NCBI GenBank assembly: GCA_038885755.1
Contig: JAVZZH010000001.1
Location: forward strand, 224,001-288,000
From: Candidatus Caldarchaeum sp.
GTDB lineage: Archaea > Thermoproteota > Nitrososphaeria_A > Caldarchaeales > Caldarchaeaceae
Direction of reading: 5' to 3'
DNA length: 64,000 bases
The notes under the pieces were generated by a model. It was not told the DNA's origin. It saw nothing but the letters and a program-made list of their open reading frames with translations, and did no database searches. Made by a program: the position numbers and the translations under genes. Shown one piece after another: positions 1 through 9,152 of this stretch; positions within the stretch are counted from its first letter, which is position 1; the number at the start of each line of letters is the position of its first letter.

Positions 1-1067
1 ACTACTTCTTCGCTCAGGTTGAGGAGGTTGAAAAACCTGAGTACAGAGACAGGCCTCTGGTTGTCTGCGTTTACTCGGGGAGGACTGAATCGAGCGGCGT
101 CGTCAGCTCAGCCAACTACTTGGCCCGGAGGTACGGGGTCAAGGCCGGCATGCCCATCAGGCTAGCGATGTCCAAGCTTCCCGGCGACTCGGTCTACCTC
201 CCCGTTAGGATGGAACACTATCTCAAAGTCTCCAGAGATGTCATGGACATAGCGAGGAAGTATTCGGCGAAGATGCGTGTCGAGAGCGTGGACGAGGCAG
301 TCCTCGACTTGACAGAGGTGGTTGACGGTAGTTTCGACAAGGCTAGAGAACACGCCGCCGAGCTGAAGAACGAGATATTTGAGAGGAAGTCGCTGAAATG
401 CAGCGTCGGCGTAGCTCCCAACAGGGTTCTGGCTAAGATGGCGGCGGAGTCATCGAAGCCCGACGGGCTGAAGGTCGTCTACCCTGATGAGGTCGGCGTT
501 TTCCTCGCAAGCCAGCCTGCAAACGCTCTTCCCGGTGTCGGGCGTAAGACGATGAGCCTGCTTGAGGAGCTGGGTGTCAGGACTGTAGCCGACTTGGGAA
601 GGCTGGACATAGATGTTCTGGAGAAGGTCTTCGGCCCTAAGAGAGCTAGATACGTCTACTTGGCTTCGAGAGGATTGTTCGACGAGCCTGTGCAGGAGAG
701 GGGAGCGGCTAAGCAGGTGAGCAAAATTCTTACGTTGAAACGGAATACGCGGAGCTTGGACGAGGTCGATCACGTCTTAGCCAAGGCCTTGACGCAGGTG
801 TTGAACAGGCTCAGCAGCCTCGGCATGGCTTCAACCCGTCTAGGAGTCATAGTCATCACTTCTGAGATCAGGACTCTCACCAAACAGGTTGAAATAAGGC
901 CGGGGGCGTCGTACGACGAGCTGATGAGGCTGTTGAGGGGCATGCTTCAGGAAGTGCTGAGCGAAAACCCTTCTCTGATGCTTAGGAGACTGGGGGTTAG
1001 GATGTCCGGTCTGCTGGGCTTGACAGGCCAGAGCAGGCTCACGGCTTGGAGTGAAAATGAATCATGA
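1..1067 (+). CDS. dinB: Y-family DNA polymerase IV (Dpo4/Dbh), 5'-truncated by the window edge
   Basis: Frame is open from nt 3 (YFFAQVEE...VVCVYSGRTESSGVVSSANYLARRYGV). Catalytic SVDEA motif, CSVGVAPN..LAKMA..SKPDG and HhH LPGVG present. Confidence 0.95.
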   Translation, partial: YFFAQVEEVEKPEYRDRPLVVCVYSGRTESSGVVSSANYLARRYGVKAGMPIRLAMSKLPGDSVYLPVRMEHYLKVSRDVMDIARKYSAKMRVESVDEAVLDLTEVVDGSFDKAREHAAELKNEIFERKSLKCSVGVAPNRVLAKMAAESSKPDGLKVVYPDEVGVFLASQPANALPGVGRKTMSLLEELGVRTVADLGRLDIDVLEKVFGPKRARYVYLASRGLFDEPVQERGAAKQVSKILTLKRNTRSLDEVDHVLAKALTQVLNRLSSLGMASTRLGVIVITSEIRTLTKQVEIRPGASYDELMRLLRGMLQEVLSENPSLMLRRLGVRMSGLLGLTGQSRLTAWSENES

Positions 1068-1477
1068 ACTTGCGGAGCTTCTTAGCAGGCATCGAGATGG
1101 TTAGGTTCGCCAAGTTTGCCGTCGTAGGCCTTGTGGGGCTTGCGCTAAACACAGTCCTGCTCTACTTGCTGACTACCTTTGTTTTTGGGGAGAGGCTTTA
1201 CCTGATTGCAGCCGTCCTCAGCCTCGAGGCCTCGATCCTCAACAACTTCCTGCTCAACGAGTACTGGACGTTCAAGGACCGTGTGGCTGGTGGAGGGTTT
1301 TTCAAACGTATGCTGAAGTTTCACGGGTCGAGGATTCTGGGAGCTGCCACGAGCATCGTGGTGTTGTTTCTTCTAACGGAGTATGCGGGTCTCTACTACC
1401 TTGTCTCTAACCTCGTCGCCGTGGTTTTAGGAACGGCTGTCAACTACTTGACGAGTAATTTCTGGGTGTGGGCATAA
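1064..1477 (+). CDS. GtrA-family membrane protein (putative lipid-linked sugar flippase partner)
   Basis: RFAKFAVVG, NNFLLNEYWTF and NYLTSNFWVW motifs; 4 TM segments. Confidence 0.88.
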   Translation: MNLRSFLAGIEMVRFAKFAVVGLVGLALNTVLLYLLTTFVFGERLYLIAAVLSLEASILNNFLLNEYWTFKDRVAGGGFFKRMLKFHGSRILGAATSIVVLFLLTEYAGLYYLVSNLVAVVLGTAVNYLTSNFWVWA

Positions 1478-1525
1478 GCAGCTTATTACTATCCTTATAT
1501 GCGGACAATCGCAACATGCAACGCC

Positions 1526-2134
1526 ATGCACAGCACAAACACCACGAAGAAAGTAGCCCTCGCATCCGCTTTCAGCGCTCTCGGAATAGTGATATCACCC
1601 CTGATGTTCGAGTGGCTGGGCTCACGAGCCTTCCCCGGACAACACTTCATAAACGTCCTCACGGGAGTGATCCTCGGCCCCGTCTGGGGAGCGGTAGTGG
1701 CCTTCATCGTCGGAACGGTCAGGATAGCTCTGGGAACGGGAACGATCTTCGCCTATCCGGGAGGGATACCGGGAGCCGTTCTCGTCGGGCTGGCGTTCAC
1801 TCTTCTTTCACGGCTCACATCCTCGAGGATACGATACGCCGCAGCATTAGCCGAGCCGGTTGGAACCGTTCTGATAGGCGGCACGCTCGCCATAACAGTC
1901 GTCGCACCCTACGTAGGCCCAGCTGTAGGCCCCGCCGCCATAATGCTCCGGAACGTCGAGACGTTAGGATTCTTCCCAGCCCTGCTAATTCTTTGGGGAG
2001 GCTGGGCCATAAGCTCCTTCACAGGTGCGCTGGCGGGGCTCGTCTTTCTCGCCGCCGCGGAGAGATACGGAGTCCTAAAACGCATATTACCGGCGGGTGT
2101 CAAGAAGAGCTCAGCTGATAAAGAATGGAGGTAG
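1526..2134 (+). CDS. thiW: ECF transporter S component ThiW (thiazole precursor uptake)
   Basis: AFPGQHFINVLTGVILGP, GTGTIFAYPGG and AEPVGT motifs. ATG 1526 chosen because a TATA-like CTTATAT lies ~25 nt upstream. Confidence 0.88.
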   Translation: MHSTNTTKKVALASAFSALGIVISPLMFEWLGSRAFPGQHFINVLTGVILGPVWGAVVAFIVGTVRIALGTGTIFAYPGGIPGAVLVGLAFTLLSRLTSSRIRYAAALAEPVGTVLIGGTLAITVVAPYVGPAVGPAAIMLRNVETLGFFPALLILWGGWAISSFTGALAGLVFLAAAERYGVLKRILPAGVKKSSADKEWR

Positions 2135-2685
2135 ACAAATTTCTCCGCAGGAGGACGGTAATCTACGGAGAGGCTGGGTCGGGGAAGACAAGGCTTCTAG
2201 CACATCTTCTCTCAAGGCTGAAGGCTGTCCTAAACCCGTTAGACATAACGGTCGTCGACATCGCGCCCGAGAAAGTCGGCGAGGTGGGCGGGCCCCTCAC
2301 CATGTACGCCGACATGAGCGGAATAAGATACCTGAGGCCAGCACGAGTCTACGCACCTAGGTTGATGGCCTGCAACGCGGAAGACCTCAGAAGATACGTG
2401 GCCTCGAACGTCACGGAAGCACGTAAATGTCTGCAGGCATATGCTTCAAACCCGACCCCCGTCTTCGCCGTCAACGATGTAACGATATTTCTTCACGGAG
2501 CTGAAGTGAACGAGCTCCTCGGCTACACAGCCAAGGCCTCGACTTTCATGGCTACAGCCTACTACGGTGAGAAGCTGTCGGAAGACTACGGCACTGGTCT
2601 CTCGTCCAGCGAAAGAAGCAGGGTCGAAGAACTTCTGAAGCATGTTGACGTGAGGCTCAGGCTTAATTCCGACCATGAATCCTGA
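2125..2685 (+). CDS. small P-loop NTPase of unknown function
   Basis: Walker A GEAGSGKT, hydrophobic strand ending VND (Walker B-like); overlaps the thiW stop. Confidence 0.7.
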   Translation: MEVDKFLRRRTVIYGEAGSGKTRLLAHLLSRLKAVLNPLDITVVDIAPEKVGEVGGPLTMYADMSGIRYLRPARVYAPRLMACNAEDLRRYVASNVTEARKCLQAYASNPTPVFAVNDVTIFLHGAEVNELLGYTAKASTFMATAYYGEKLSEDYGTGLSSSERSRVEELLKHVDVRLRLNSDHES

Positions 2686-2690
2686 AAACC

Positions 2691-3941
2691 GTGGTCGTCT
2701 GCGTCTTCGAAGACAGCCATGTCGAGAACCTCGCCCCCCTGACGTCGACAAGGCCGGCCTACGACCTCCTGTGCGGCACCTCTACGTTGCTGCAAAAGAT
2801 CCTCCAATTCAGCAATGAACAACCCTCCGTCCATCTTTTCACAAGGCCCTACTTGAGCGAAGTCGTGAAGGAACGTTTTCAGAAACTTCCCGTCAACGAG
2901 GCTCCGCTCGATGAAGAACTTCTGCTGGTCAACGGATGCATGGTTCTCGACGAAGTGTCGCGAGCGGCTTTGAGGTCTGTCAAGAAAGGCGAGGCCTTGA
3001 CCGTGGAAGGGCGTGTCGCCGCGGCAAGGGTGGACGGTAGAAGCCTGCCGGCTGAGTTCTTCGACTCCCTGATGGGAGGAGATGTTGCGTCGACGCTTAA
3101 GCAAGCGGTCAAGGTTTGGAGGGAAGCCGCAGAGGTCAAGCTTGTCGGGCGTCCGTGGGACCTGATTGAGCTCAGCACAAGCCTCGTTGGACTAGAGGTT
3201 TCAGGAAAGCCCGCCAACCATCCCAACTCTCTGGGTAGAGTTTACGTGGGCGAGGACGTGGACTTGTCTCCGCAAGCCTTCATCGACGGCAGAAAAGGCC
3301 CGGTGGTTTTGGACAGCGGCTCGACCGTCGAGCCTTTCTGCAAGCTCGTGGGCCCTGTTTACGTGGGAAGGGGTTCGGTCGTGTTTTCGGGCTCGGTTGT
3401 CGTGGATAGCTGCATAGGCCCTGTCTGCAGAGTCGGCGGAGAGGTCGACTCGTCCATAATCTTGGGCTACTCAAACAAAAGGCATTACGGTTTCCTAGGC
3501 CACAGCGTCGTCGGCGAGTGGGTAAACTTCGGAGCTGGAACAACGGTGTCGAACCTGAAGAACACCTACGGGACGTTCAGGCCCCATGTAGGAGGGAGAA
3601 GAGTCGACAGCGGCCGTATCTTCATGGGGTCTTTCTTCGGCGACCACGTCAAGACAAGCATAGGCTGCATGGTTTCCGGAGGGTTGAGCATAGGCGTCTG
3701 CAGCCACCTGTTCAGAGAAGTCCACACAGACGTTCCGGCTTTCACCATCTACACCCCGTCCTCGAAGACAGAGCTTTACCTCGAATCAGCCATCACGACC
3801 GCCAAGAGGATGATGGCCCGCAGGAACAAAGAACCGACCGAGTCCTACGTCAGGATGCTCGAAACCCTGTTCAGGATGACTCACGACGACAGAAGGAGGC
3901 TGGGGGTTAAGCAGGGGAAGGCCAGCTTTTATAACAGCTAG
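2691..3941 (+). CDS. GlmU-like putative sugar-phosphate nucleotidyl/acyltransferase
   Basis: N-terminal L.PLT.TRP.YDL.CG motif, left-handed beta-helix repeats, NKRHYGFLGHS..GEWVNFGAGT..SNLKN. Confidence 0.8.
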   Translation: MVVCVFEDSHVENLAPLTSTRPAYDLLCGTSTLLQKILQFSNEQPSVHLFTRPYLSEVVKERFQKLPVNEAPLDEELLLVNGCMVLDEVSRAALRSVKKGEALTVEGRVAAARVDGRSLPAEFFDSLMGGDVASTLKQAVKVWREAAEVKLVGRPWDLIELSTSLVGLEVSGKPANHPNSLGRVYVGEDVDLSPQAFIDGRKGPVVLDSGSTVEPFCKLVGPVYVGRGSVVFSGSVVVDSCIGPVCRVGGEVDSSIILGYSNKRHYGFLGHSVVGEWVNFGAGTTVSNLKNTYGTFRPHVGGRRVDSGRIFMGSFFGDHVKTSIGCMVSGGLSIGVCSHLFREVHTDVPAFTIYTPSSKTELYLESAITTAKRMMARRNKEPTESYVRMLETLFRMTHDDRRRLGVKQGKASFYNS

Positions 3942-3955
3942 CCTAACGTAAACCC

Positions 3956-5311
3956 ATGGTCAAGAGAGTCCTGACGGTTGCAGGATCTGACTCGGGGGGA
4001 GGGGCTGGAATACAGGCGGACCTCAAGACCTTCGCAGCCCACGGAGTCCATGGAATGTCGGCGATTACATGTATAACCGCTCAAAACACCGAGACGGTTT
4101 CAGCCATACAGCCCATCCCCGCCGAGATTGTGAGGGAGCAGATAAGAATAGTGGTTGAAGACATAGGCGTCGACGCCGTCAAGACAGGCATGCTTTTCAG
4201 CAGCGAGATAATCGAGGCTGTAGCGGACGAGCTTGAAAAACTGGATTCACCCGTGGTGGTTGACCCCGTGGCCGTCGCCAAGACCGGGGCACGGCTTCTG
4301 CAGCAGCAGGCCGTCGAGACATTAGTCAAACGTCTTCTACCTGTAGCGGACGTCGTCACACCCAACTTGAACGAGGTGAGTGTTTTGACGGGATATACGG
4401 TGTCTTCCGTGGACGAGATGGTCTCCGCTGCGGAGAAGATAGCGGAAATGGGGCCCGAGGCCGTGGTTGTTAAAGGAGGCCATCTTCAAGGCCCTAAAAC
4501 CGTCGACGTTCTCTACTACTCCGGCAAGACCTACCTGTATGAAGCCGATAGAATACCCACGAAGAACACTCATGGAACAGGCTGTTGCTTCGCCTCAGCC
4601 ATAGCCTCCAACCTCGCTAAAGGCTACAAGATTCCTCAGGCCGTCAGGCTCGCTCAGCAGTTCGTCGTCGAAGCCGTCAGGAGAGGCTTGGACATAGGCA
4701 GGGGACACGGCCCCATACATCCGACAGGCCGGCTGTACAGAATGGCTTGCAGGATGGAGGCGTTGGAAAACCTCAGGCAGGCGTTGAGGATGATCGAGGA
4801 TGTTGAGGAGTTCGCCGAGCTCATTCCCGAGCTGGGGTCGAACTTTGTAGCAGCTTCAGAAGACGCCTCAGATGTTGACGATGTCGCCGCCGTTCCGGGA
4901 AGAATAGTCAGGATAGGCGAAGGATTCAAGCCTGTTTCGGAGCCATGGCTCGGAGCCTCTAGCCACGTTGCCAAAGCAGTACTCACAGCTCTACGGCACG
5001 ACCATTCAGTAAAAAGCGCGATAAACATACGTCTCGACGAGGAGGTGTTGAAGAAGATAGAGGCTGCGGGACTTTCCGTGTCAAGCTACGACAGAGCCAA
5101 GCAGCCCGAGCAGGTCAAGACAACAGAGGGGATGACTATCCCGTGGGGTGTTGAGGAGGCCATCAAATCCGCCGGCGGCGTGCCTGACGTAGTCTACCAC
5201 CTAGGGGAGGTTGGAAAGGAGCCCATGGCAATCGTCTTCGGCCAAGACCCCTTCGAAGTAGTCAGGAAAGTCGTCAAAATCCTCAGCGGCCCCTCGAGGG
5301 GAGAGAGTTGA
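3956..5311 (+). CDS. thiDN: bifunctional HMP/HMP-P kinase and thiamine-phosphate synthase ThiDN
   Basis: ThiD motifs [15 protein letters not shown] and THGTGC; C-terminal ThiN domain (IPELGSN, GASSHVA, GKEPM). Confidence 0.95.
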   Translation: MVKRVLTVAGSDSGGGAGIQADLKTFAAHGVHGMSAITCITAQNTETVSAIQPIPAEIVREQIRIVVEDIGVDAVKTGMLFSSEIIEAVADELEKLDSPVVVDPVAVAKTGARLLQQQAVETLVKRLLPVADVVTPNLNEVSVLTGYTVSSVDEMVSAAEKIAEMGPEAVVVKGGHLQGPKTVDVLYYSGKTYLYEADRIPTKNTHGTGCCFASAIASNLAKGYKIPQAVRLAQQFVVEAVRRGLDIGRGHGPIHPTGRLYRMACRMEALENLRQALRMIEDVEEFAELIPELGSNFVAASEDASDVDDVAAVPGRIVRIGEGFKPVSEPWLGASSHVAKAVLTALRHDHSVKSAINIRLDEEVLKKIEAAGLSVSSYDRAKQPEQVKTTEGMTIPWGVEEAIKSAGGVPDVVYHLGEVGKEPMAIVFGQDPFEVVRKVVKILSGPSRGES

Positions 5312-6195
5312 AGCCCTCGTTCGGAGTATGCCTCCTCAACTTCGGCAACTACGTCTCCGCCCAATCCATCCTCAAGACAGCTCAGGAATCTGAGGAGATC
5401 GGTTTCGACTCGGTCTGGGCGACAGACCACCTCCTCATGCCGCCGAACATGAGACACCCCTACGGCAGGATAATTGAAGCCCTCACGGCGATGTCTTTCG
5501 CCGCCTCGGCGACGGAGTACGTGAAGGTAGGCTCGTCGGTCTTGGTTCTTCCCATGAGGGAGCCTGTCCATGTGGCGAAGAGCTTGGCCTCGATAGACGT
5601 CGTCAGCGGCGGTCGCGTGGTTGCGGGCTTCGGAGCCGGGTGGTGCAGGGAGGAATACCGAAGCCTCGGGATGGATTTCCACAACAGGGGAAAGAGGTTC
5701 GACGAAGCGTTGAGCTTGGTTAAAACGCTTTGGAAGGGCGGTGAAGTCAGGTTCAGTGGAAGATACTATAACGTGGAGGCAGGCGTCTTCGAGCCGGCTC
5801 CAGCTCAGAGAGACGGGATACCTGTATGGATAGGAGGCAACAGCGACAAAGCTTTCAGAAGGGCGCTGAGCCACGGCGACGGCTGGCACTTCACCGGCAT
5901 GCCCGTCGAAAAAGTGAAGACTCTTCTTGGAAACGCGAGCCTGCGTCAGAATTTCATCGTCTCGGGAAGGCTTACAGTCGATTTTTCAGGCAAGTCTCCG
6001 AGGCTCACGAGGTCTCGTCTGGGAGAAGAGAGAGTAATAGTCTCGGGAGACGTCGACTACGTAATCGAAACACTGTCGAAATACATCGACGTAGGCGTGT
6101 CGTACTTCGTGCTCTACTTTGGCGACAAACCAGTGGATCAGTACGTCAAAGACATGGAAAAGTTCGCTAGGGAAGTGGCGCCGAGCTACGTATAA
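5308..6195 (+). CDS. LLM-class (luciferase-like, possibly F420-dependent) oxidoreductase
   Basis: GFDSVWATDH, SGGRVVAGFGAGW and PVWIGG motifs. Confidence 0.88.
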   Translation: MKPSFGVCLLNFGNYVSAQSILKTAQESEEIGFDSVWATDHLLMPPNMRHPYGRIIEALTAMSFAASATEYVKVGSSVLVLPMREPVHVAKSLASIDVVSGGRVVAGFGAGWCREEYRSLGMDFHNRGKRFDEALSLVKTLWKGGEVRFSGRYYNVEAGVFEPAPAQRDGIPVWIGGNSDKAFRRALSHGDGWHFTGMPVEKVKTLLGNASLRQNFIVSGRLTVDFSGKSPRLTRSRLGEERVIVSGDVDYVIETLSKYIDVGVSYFVLYFGDKPVDQYVKDMEKFAREVAPSYV

Positions 6196-6220
6196 ATTAA
6201 CCGAAAGGAGTCAATAATCG

Positions 6221-6685
6221 ATGGACGTCTCTAGAGTGTTTCAACTCTCCGCCTCGACGACTGCGCTGGCTGTAGCCACCATGGGTTTAGGCAGCTACGT
6301 AAGTAAGGTAGGAGCAGGTCTCGCATGCCCGGACTGGCCTCTCTGCCCCCTAGAAACTGACGCTTTAATCCTTCTGGAATTCAGCCACAGAATAATCGCT
6401 TTCACGACGTTCTTGACGGGCCTAGCTGCCTTCATAGCCTCCATGAAGACACCCAGCTACAGAGGTCGTAAACTAGTCTTCATCGGCTTCACCATCCTAG
6501 CTTTGCAGGTCTTCATCGTCGGCGCCCTAGTCATATTCACCATGCTTCCACCGCTGGTTGTAGCCCTCCACCAAGCCGTCGCAGCCACCGCCGTAGCCTT
6601 TTATGCAGCCGCTGCAACCGCCTCTTACTACGCCGTTGGTGGGAAACATAAAAATAGAGCTGATAACGTGATCAGCCATGTCTGA
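6221..6685 (+). CDS. ctaA: heme A synthase, short 4-TM form (CtaA/COX15)
   Basis: GAGLACPDWPLC, EFSHR and ALH motifs; first gene of the oxidase operon. Confidence 0.85.
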   Translation: MDVSRVFQLSASTTALAVATMGLGSYVSKVGAGLACPDWPLCPLETDALILLEFSHRIIAFTTFLTGLAAFIASMKTPSYRGRKLVFIGFTILALQVFIVGALVIFTMLPPLVVALHQAVAATAVAFYAAAATASYYAVGGKHKNRADNVISHV

Positions 6686-6911
6686 CATAAGGCCTGCGGA
6701 CTACGCCGTGCTTACTGGAATGATCATCGGATTGTTCGCAGCTCTCATGGTCGTCGGCAACTTCGGAAACCTTTACCAGCCTCTATCGCCTGAAACCGTG
6801 GCCATAAACCGTCTTTACCAGTTCATATACATCTCAGGCTCGGCGGTCGGATCCATATTCCTAGGCTCGTTGTTCTTCATAATATACAGGTTCCGGGAAA
6901 AAGGTGCCTGA
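6678..6911 (+). CDS. small membrane protein resembling the N-terminal TM part of cytochrome oxidase subunit II
   Basis: Two hydrophobic segments; PLSPETVAINRLY...FIIYRFR resembles the CoxB TM1 pattern; lies in the cox operon. Confidence 0.65.
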   Translation: MSDIRPADYAVLTGMIIGLFAALMVVGNFGNLYQPLSPETVAINRLYQFIYISGSAVGSIFLGSLFFIIYRFREKGA

Positions 6912-6913
6912 CG

Positions 6914-7327
6914 ATGGAGAGAGCGAAAATTGTTGAGAACGCCACAATAGTTGGCGCGTTGATACTTTTCGCGATAATAGGCTTCCAGTCCTGGTCTGTT
7001 CTGAACCAGCTTGAGGCGGACCGGCCTGCCGACGTAGTCATACGTGTCGAGGCTCGACAATTCGCCTGGCAGTTCACCTACCCCGACGGCTCAACTCAGG
7101 GAGAGGTTCGAGTAAAAGCAGGACAGACAGTCAAGCTCGAGCTCCACTCCGGCGACGTTATCCACAGCTTCTTCATACACGACTTCGGGCTGAAGAAAGA
7201 TGTGATACCCGGGAGAACCAACGTCCTCTACTTCACTCCTCAAGTGCCTGGAAAATACTTAATACAGTGCGCCGAGTTCTGCGGCCAAGGCCATTACTCC
7301 ATGCTTGCGTGGCTGGTGGTGGAGTGA
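6914..7327 (+). CDS. coxB: heme-copper oxidase subunit II (CuA domain, single TM)
   Basis: QFAWQF, DVIHSF and CAEFCGQGHYSM CuA motif. Confidence 0.95.
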   Translation: MERAKIVENATIVGALILFAIIGFQSWSVLNQLEADRPADVVIRVEARQFAWQFTYPDGSTQGEVRVKAGQTVKLELHSGDVIHSFFIHDFGLKKDVIPGRTNVLYFTPQVPGKYLIQCAEFCGQGHYSMLAWLVVE

Positions 7328-8880
7328 TGACGACGCAGGTCAAGCACACCCCCTGGTACAAGGATGCCTACAGGATTCTCTCGACGACAAACCATGCACA
7401 CATAGGTTTGCTCTACATAGCCGGCTCCTACGTCTTCCTAGTCGTCGGCGGCCTGCTGGCGCTTCTCATGAGGTGGGAGCTTGCAACCCCGCGGGGAGGT
7501 TTGTTCACGCCAGACATGTACGCCAGCCTCTTCACAATACATGGCACGTTGATGGTTTTCTTCTGGGCCATGCCGATCTTCGCAGGCTTCGGCAACTATC
7601 TCATCCCCAAGATGATAGGCGCTCCCGACATGTATTATCCCAAGCTGAACGCTCTGAGCTTCTGGCTGTTCCTGTCAGCCGGAGTGATTTTGCTGACGAG
7701 CTGGGCGAACATAGGGTGGACAGGCTACACACCGCTGTCCGTCATAACCCCTAACCCGGGCATAGACCTCTGGATACTCAGCCTGCACGTTGCTGGAACT
7801 TCTTCGATGATAGGCTCGCTGAACTTCATAGTAACGGTCTGGAGGCTGAGGAGGAGCGACATAGGGCTCTGGAGGATGCCGCTGTTTGTATGGTCTTGGG
7901 TGGTCACAGCCTTCATTATTATATTCGCCGTTCCTGTGATCGCGTTCGCCCTAACTCTTCTTCTGCTAGACAGAAACCTAGGAACCGGGTTCTACCTTCC
8001 GAGTGCAGGAGGAGACACAATCCTCTGGCAGCACCTGTTCTGGTTCTTCGGACACCCCGAGGTTTACATACTCGTCCTCCCAGCCATGGGCATCGTTTCT
8101 GAGCTGATCCCGCGCTTGGTGAAGAAACCCATAGTCGGATACAGGATGATAGCCCTATCGTCTGTGCTGATAGCCGTCCTAAGCTTCGGCGTCTGGGCCC
8201 ACCACATGTTCACCACAGGTCTTTCACCGCTTACTCTCGCGCCCTTCATGATTATGACGATGATGGTAGCCGTGCCTTCAGGAATCAAAGTCGTCAACTG
8301 GGAGGCGACGATGTGGGGTGGAAAGATTAGGTTCAACACGCCTACTCTGTTCTGCATAAGCTTTGTAGGAACATTCATAGTGGGCGGCATAACGGGAGTG
8401 TTCCAAGCATCCATCCCAGTCGACTGGCAGCTGCAGGACACTTACTGGGTCGTAGGCCACATGCACTTCATCCTGTTCGGAGCGATAAGTCAAGCCGCCT
8501 TCGCAGCAACATACTACTACTTCCCATACCTGACTAAGAGGATGTACAGCGAAACTCTTGGAAAGATCCACTTTGCAACAGCCAACATAGGCCAGTATCT
8601 TGTATTCATGTCGATGATGGTTCTCGGGTTGATGGGCATGCCGAGAAGATACTACGGCTACGTTGAAGTCTACCAGCCCTTGCACGTCGTTGCAACCATC
8701 GGAGCCATGGTGATAGGCATAGGTACAGCGATCTTCCTTCTGAACATCCTGCTCAGCTGGAAGTACGGGCCCAAAGCTTCTGACGACCCCTGGGACTCGG
8801 TCAAGAACAACATGCCGGACTTCTTGGGAGAGTACCTGAACAGGCAGCAGCTTACGGCGAAAGCTGACGGAGCAGGATGA
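7327..8880 (+). CDS. coxA: heme-copper oxidase subunit I (A1-type)
   Basis: HGTLM, WFFGHPEVY, WAHHMF and GHMH ligands; APDM.YP.LN D-channel region. ATG 7327 overlaps the coxB stop. Confidence 0.97.
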   Translation: MTTQVKHTPWYKDAYRILSTTNHAHIGLLYIAGSYVFLVVGGLLALLMRWELATPRGGLFTPDMYASLFTIHGTLMVFFWAMPIFAGFGNYLIPKMIGAPDMYYPKLNALSFWLFLSAGVILLTSWANIGWTGYTPLSVITPNPGIDLWILSLHVAGTSSMIGSLNFIVTVWRLRRSDIGLWRMPLFVWSWVVTAFIIIFAVPVIAFALTLLLLDRNLGTGFYLPSAGGDTILWQHLFWFFGHPEVYILVLPAMGIVSELIPRLVKKPIVGYRMIALSSVLIAVLSFGVWAHHMFTTGLSPLTLAPFMIMTMMVAVPSGIKVVNWEATMWGGKIRFNTPTLFCISFVGTFIVGGITGVFQASIPVDWQLQDTYWVVGHMHFILFGAISQAAFAATYYYFPYLTKRMYSETLGKIHFATANIGQYLVFMSMMVLGLMGMPRRYYGYVEVYQPLHVVATIGAMVIGIGTAIFLLNILLSWKYGPKASDDPWDSVKNNMPDFLGEYLNRQQLTAKADGAG

Positions 8881-8884
8881 TGAG

Positions 8885-9139
8885 ATGTCGTTGTCGAGCA
8901 AGCTTGAGGACGCCGTCAAAAGATACCAGACGACCAGTGTAGTGCTGGCCATACTGGTCCACTTCTTCATATTCATCACAGCGATACTAGTCATCGTGGT
9001 GCTGAAGCAGCCGCTCGTGGTTTTCATAGCGACACACGCCACGCTGCAGACAGCGACAATACTCAACGCATTATTCGGCCATAAGGTTTACCGGAAATAT
9101 CTAACCGCGCGGCTCGCACGCAACGTCAGGATCTCTTGA
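8885..9139 (+). CDS. small membrane protein, putative oxidase accessory subunit
   Basis: 84 aa with 2 hydrophobic helices, 4 nt after coxA. Confidence 0.6.
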   Translation: MSLSSKLEDAVKRYQTTSVVLAILVHFFIFITAILVIVVLKQPLVVFIATHATLQTATILNALFGHKVYRKYLTARLARNVRIS

Positions 9140-9152
9140 AAGGTGATGGCTG

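Noticed and set aside
8876-8930. ATGATGA at the coxA stop as a C/D-box sRNA
   Set aside because: Explained by stop/start codons; no properly spaced CTGA D box or terminal stem.
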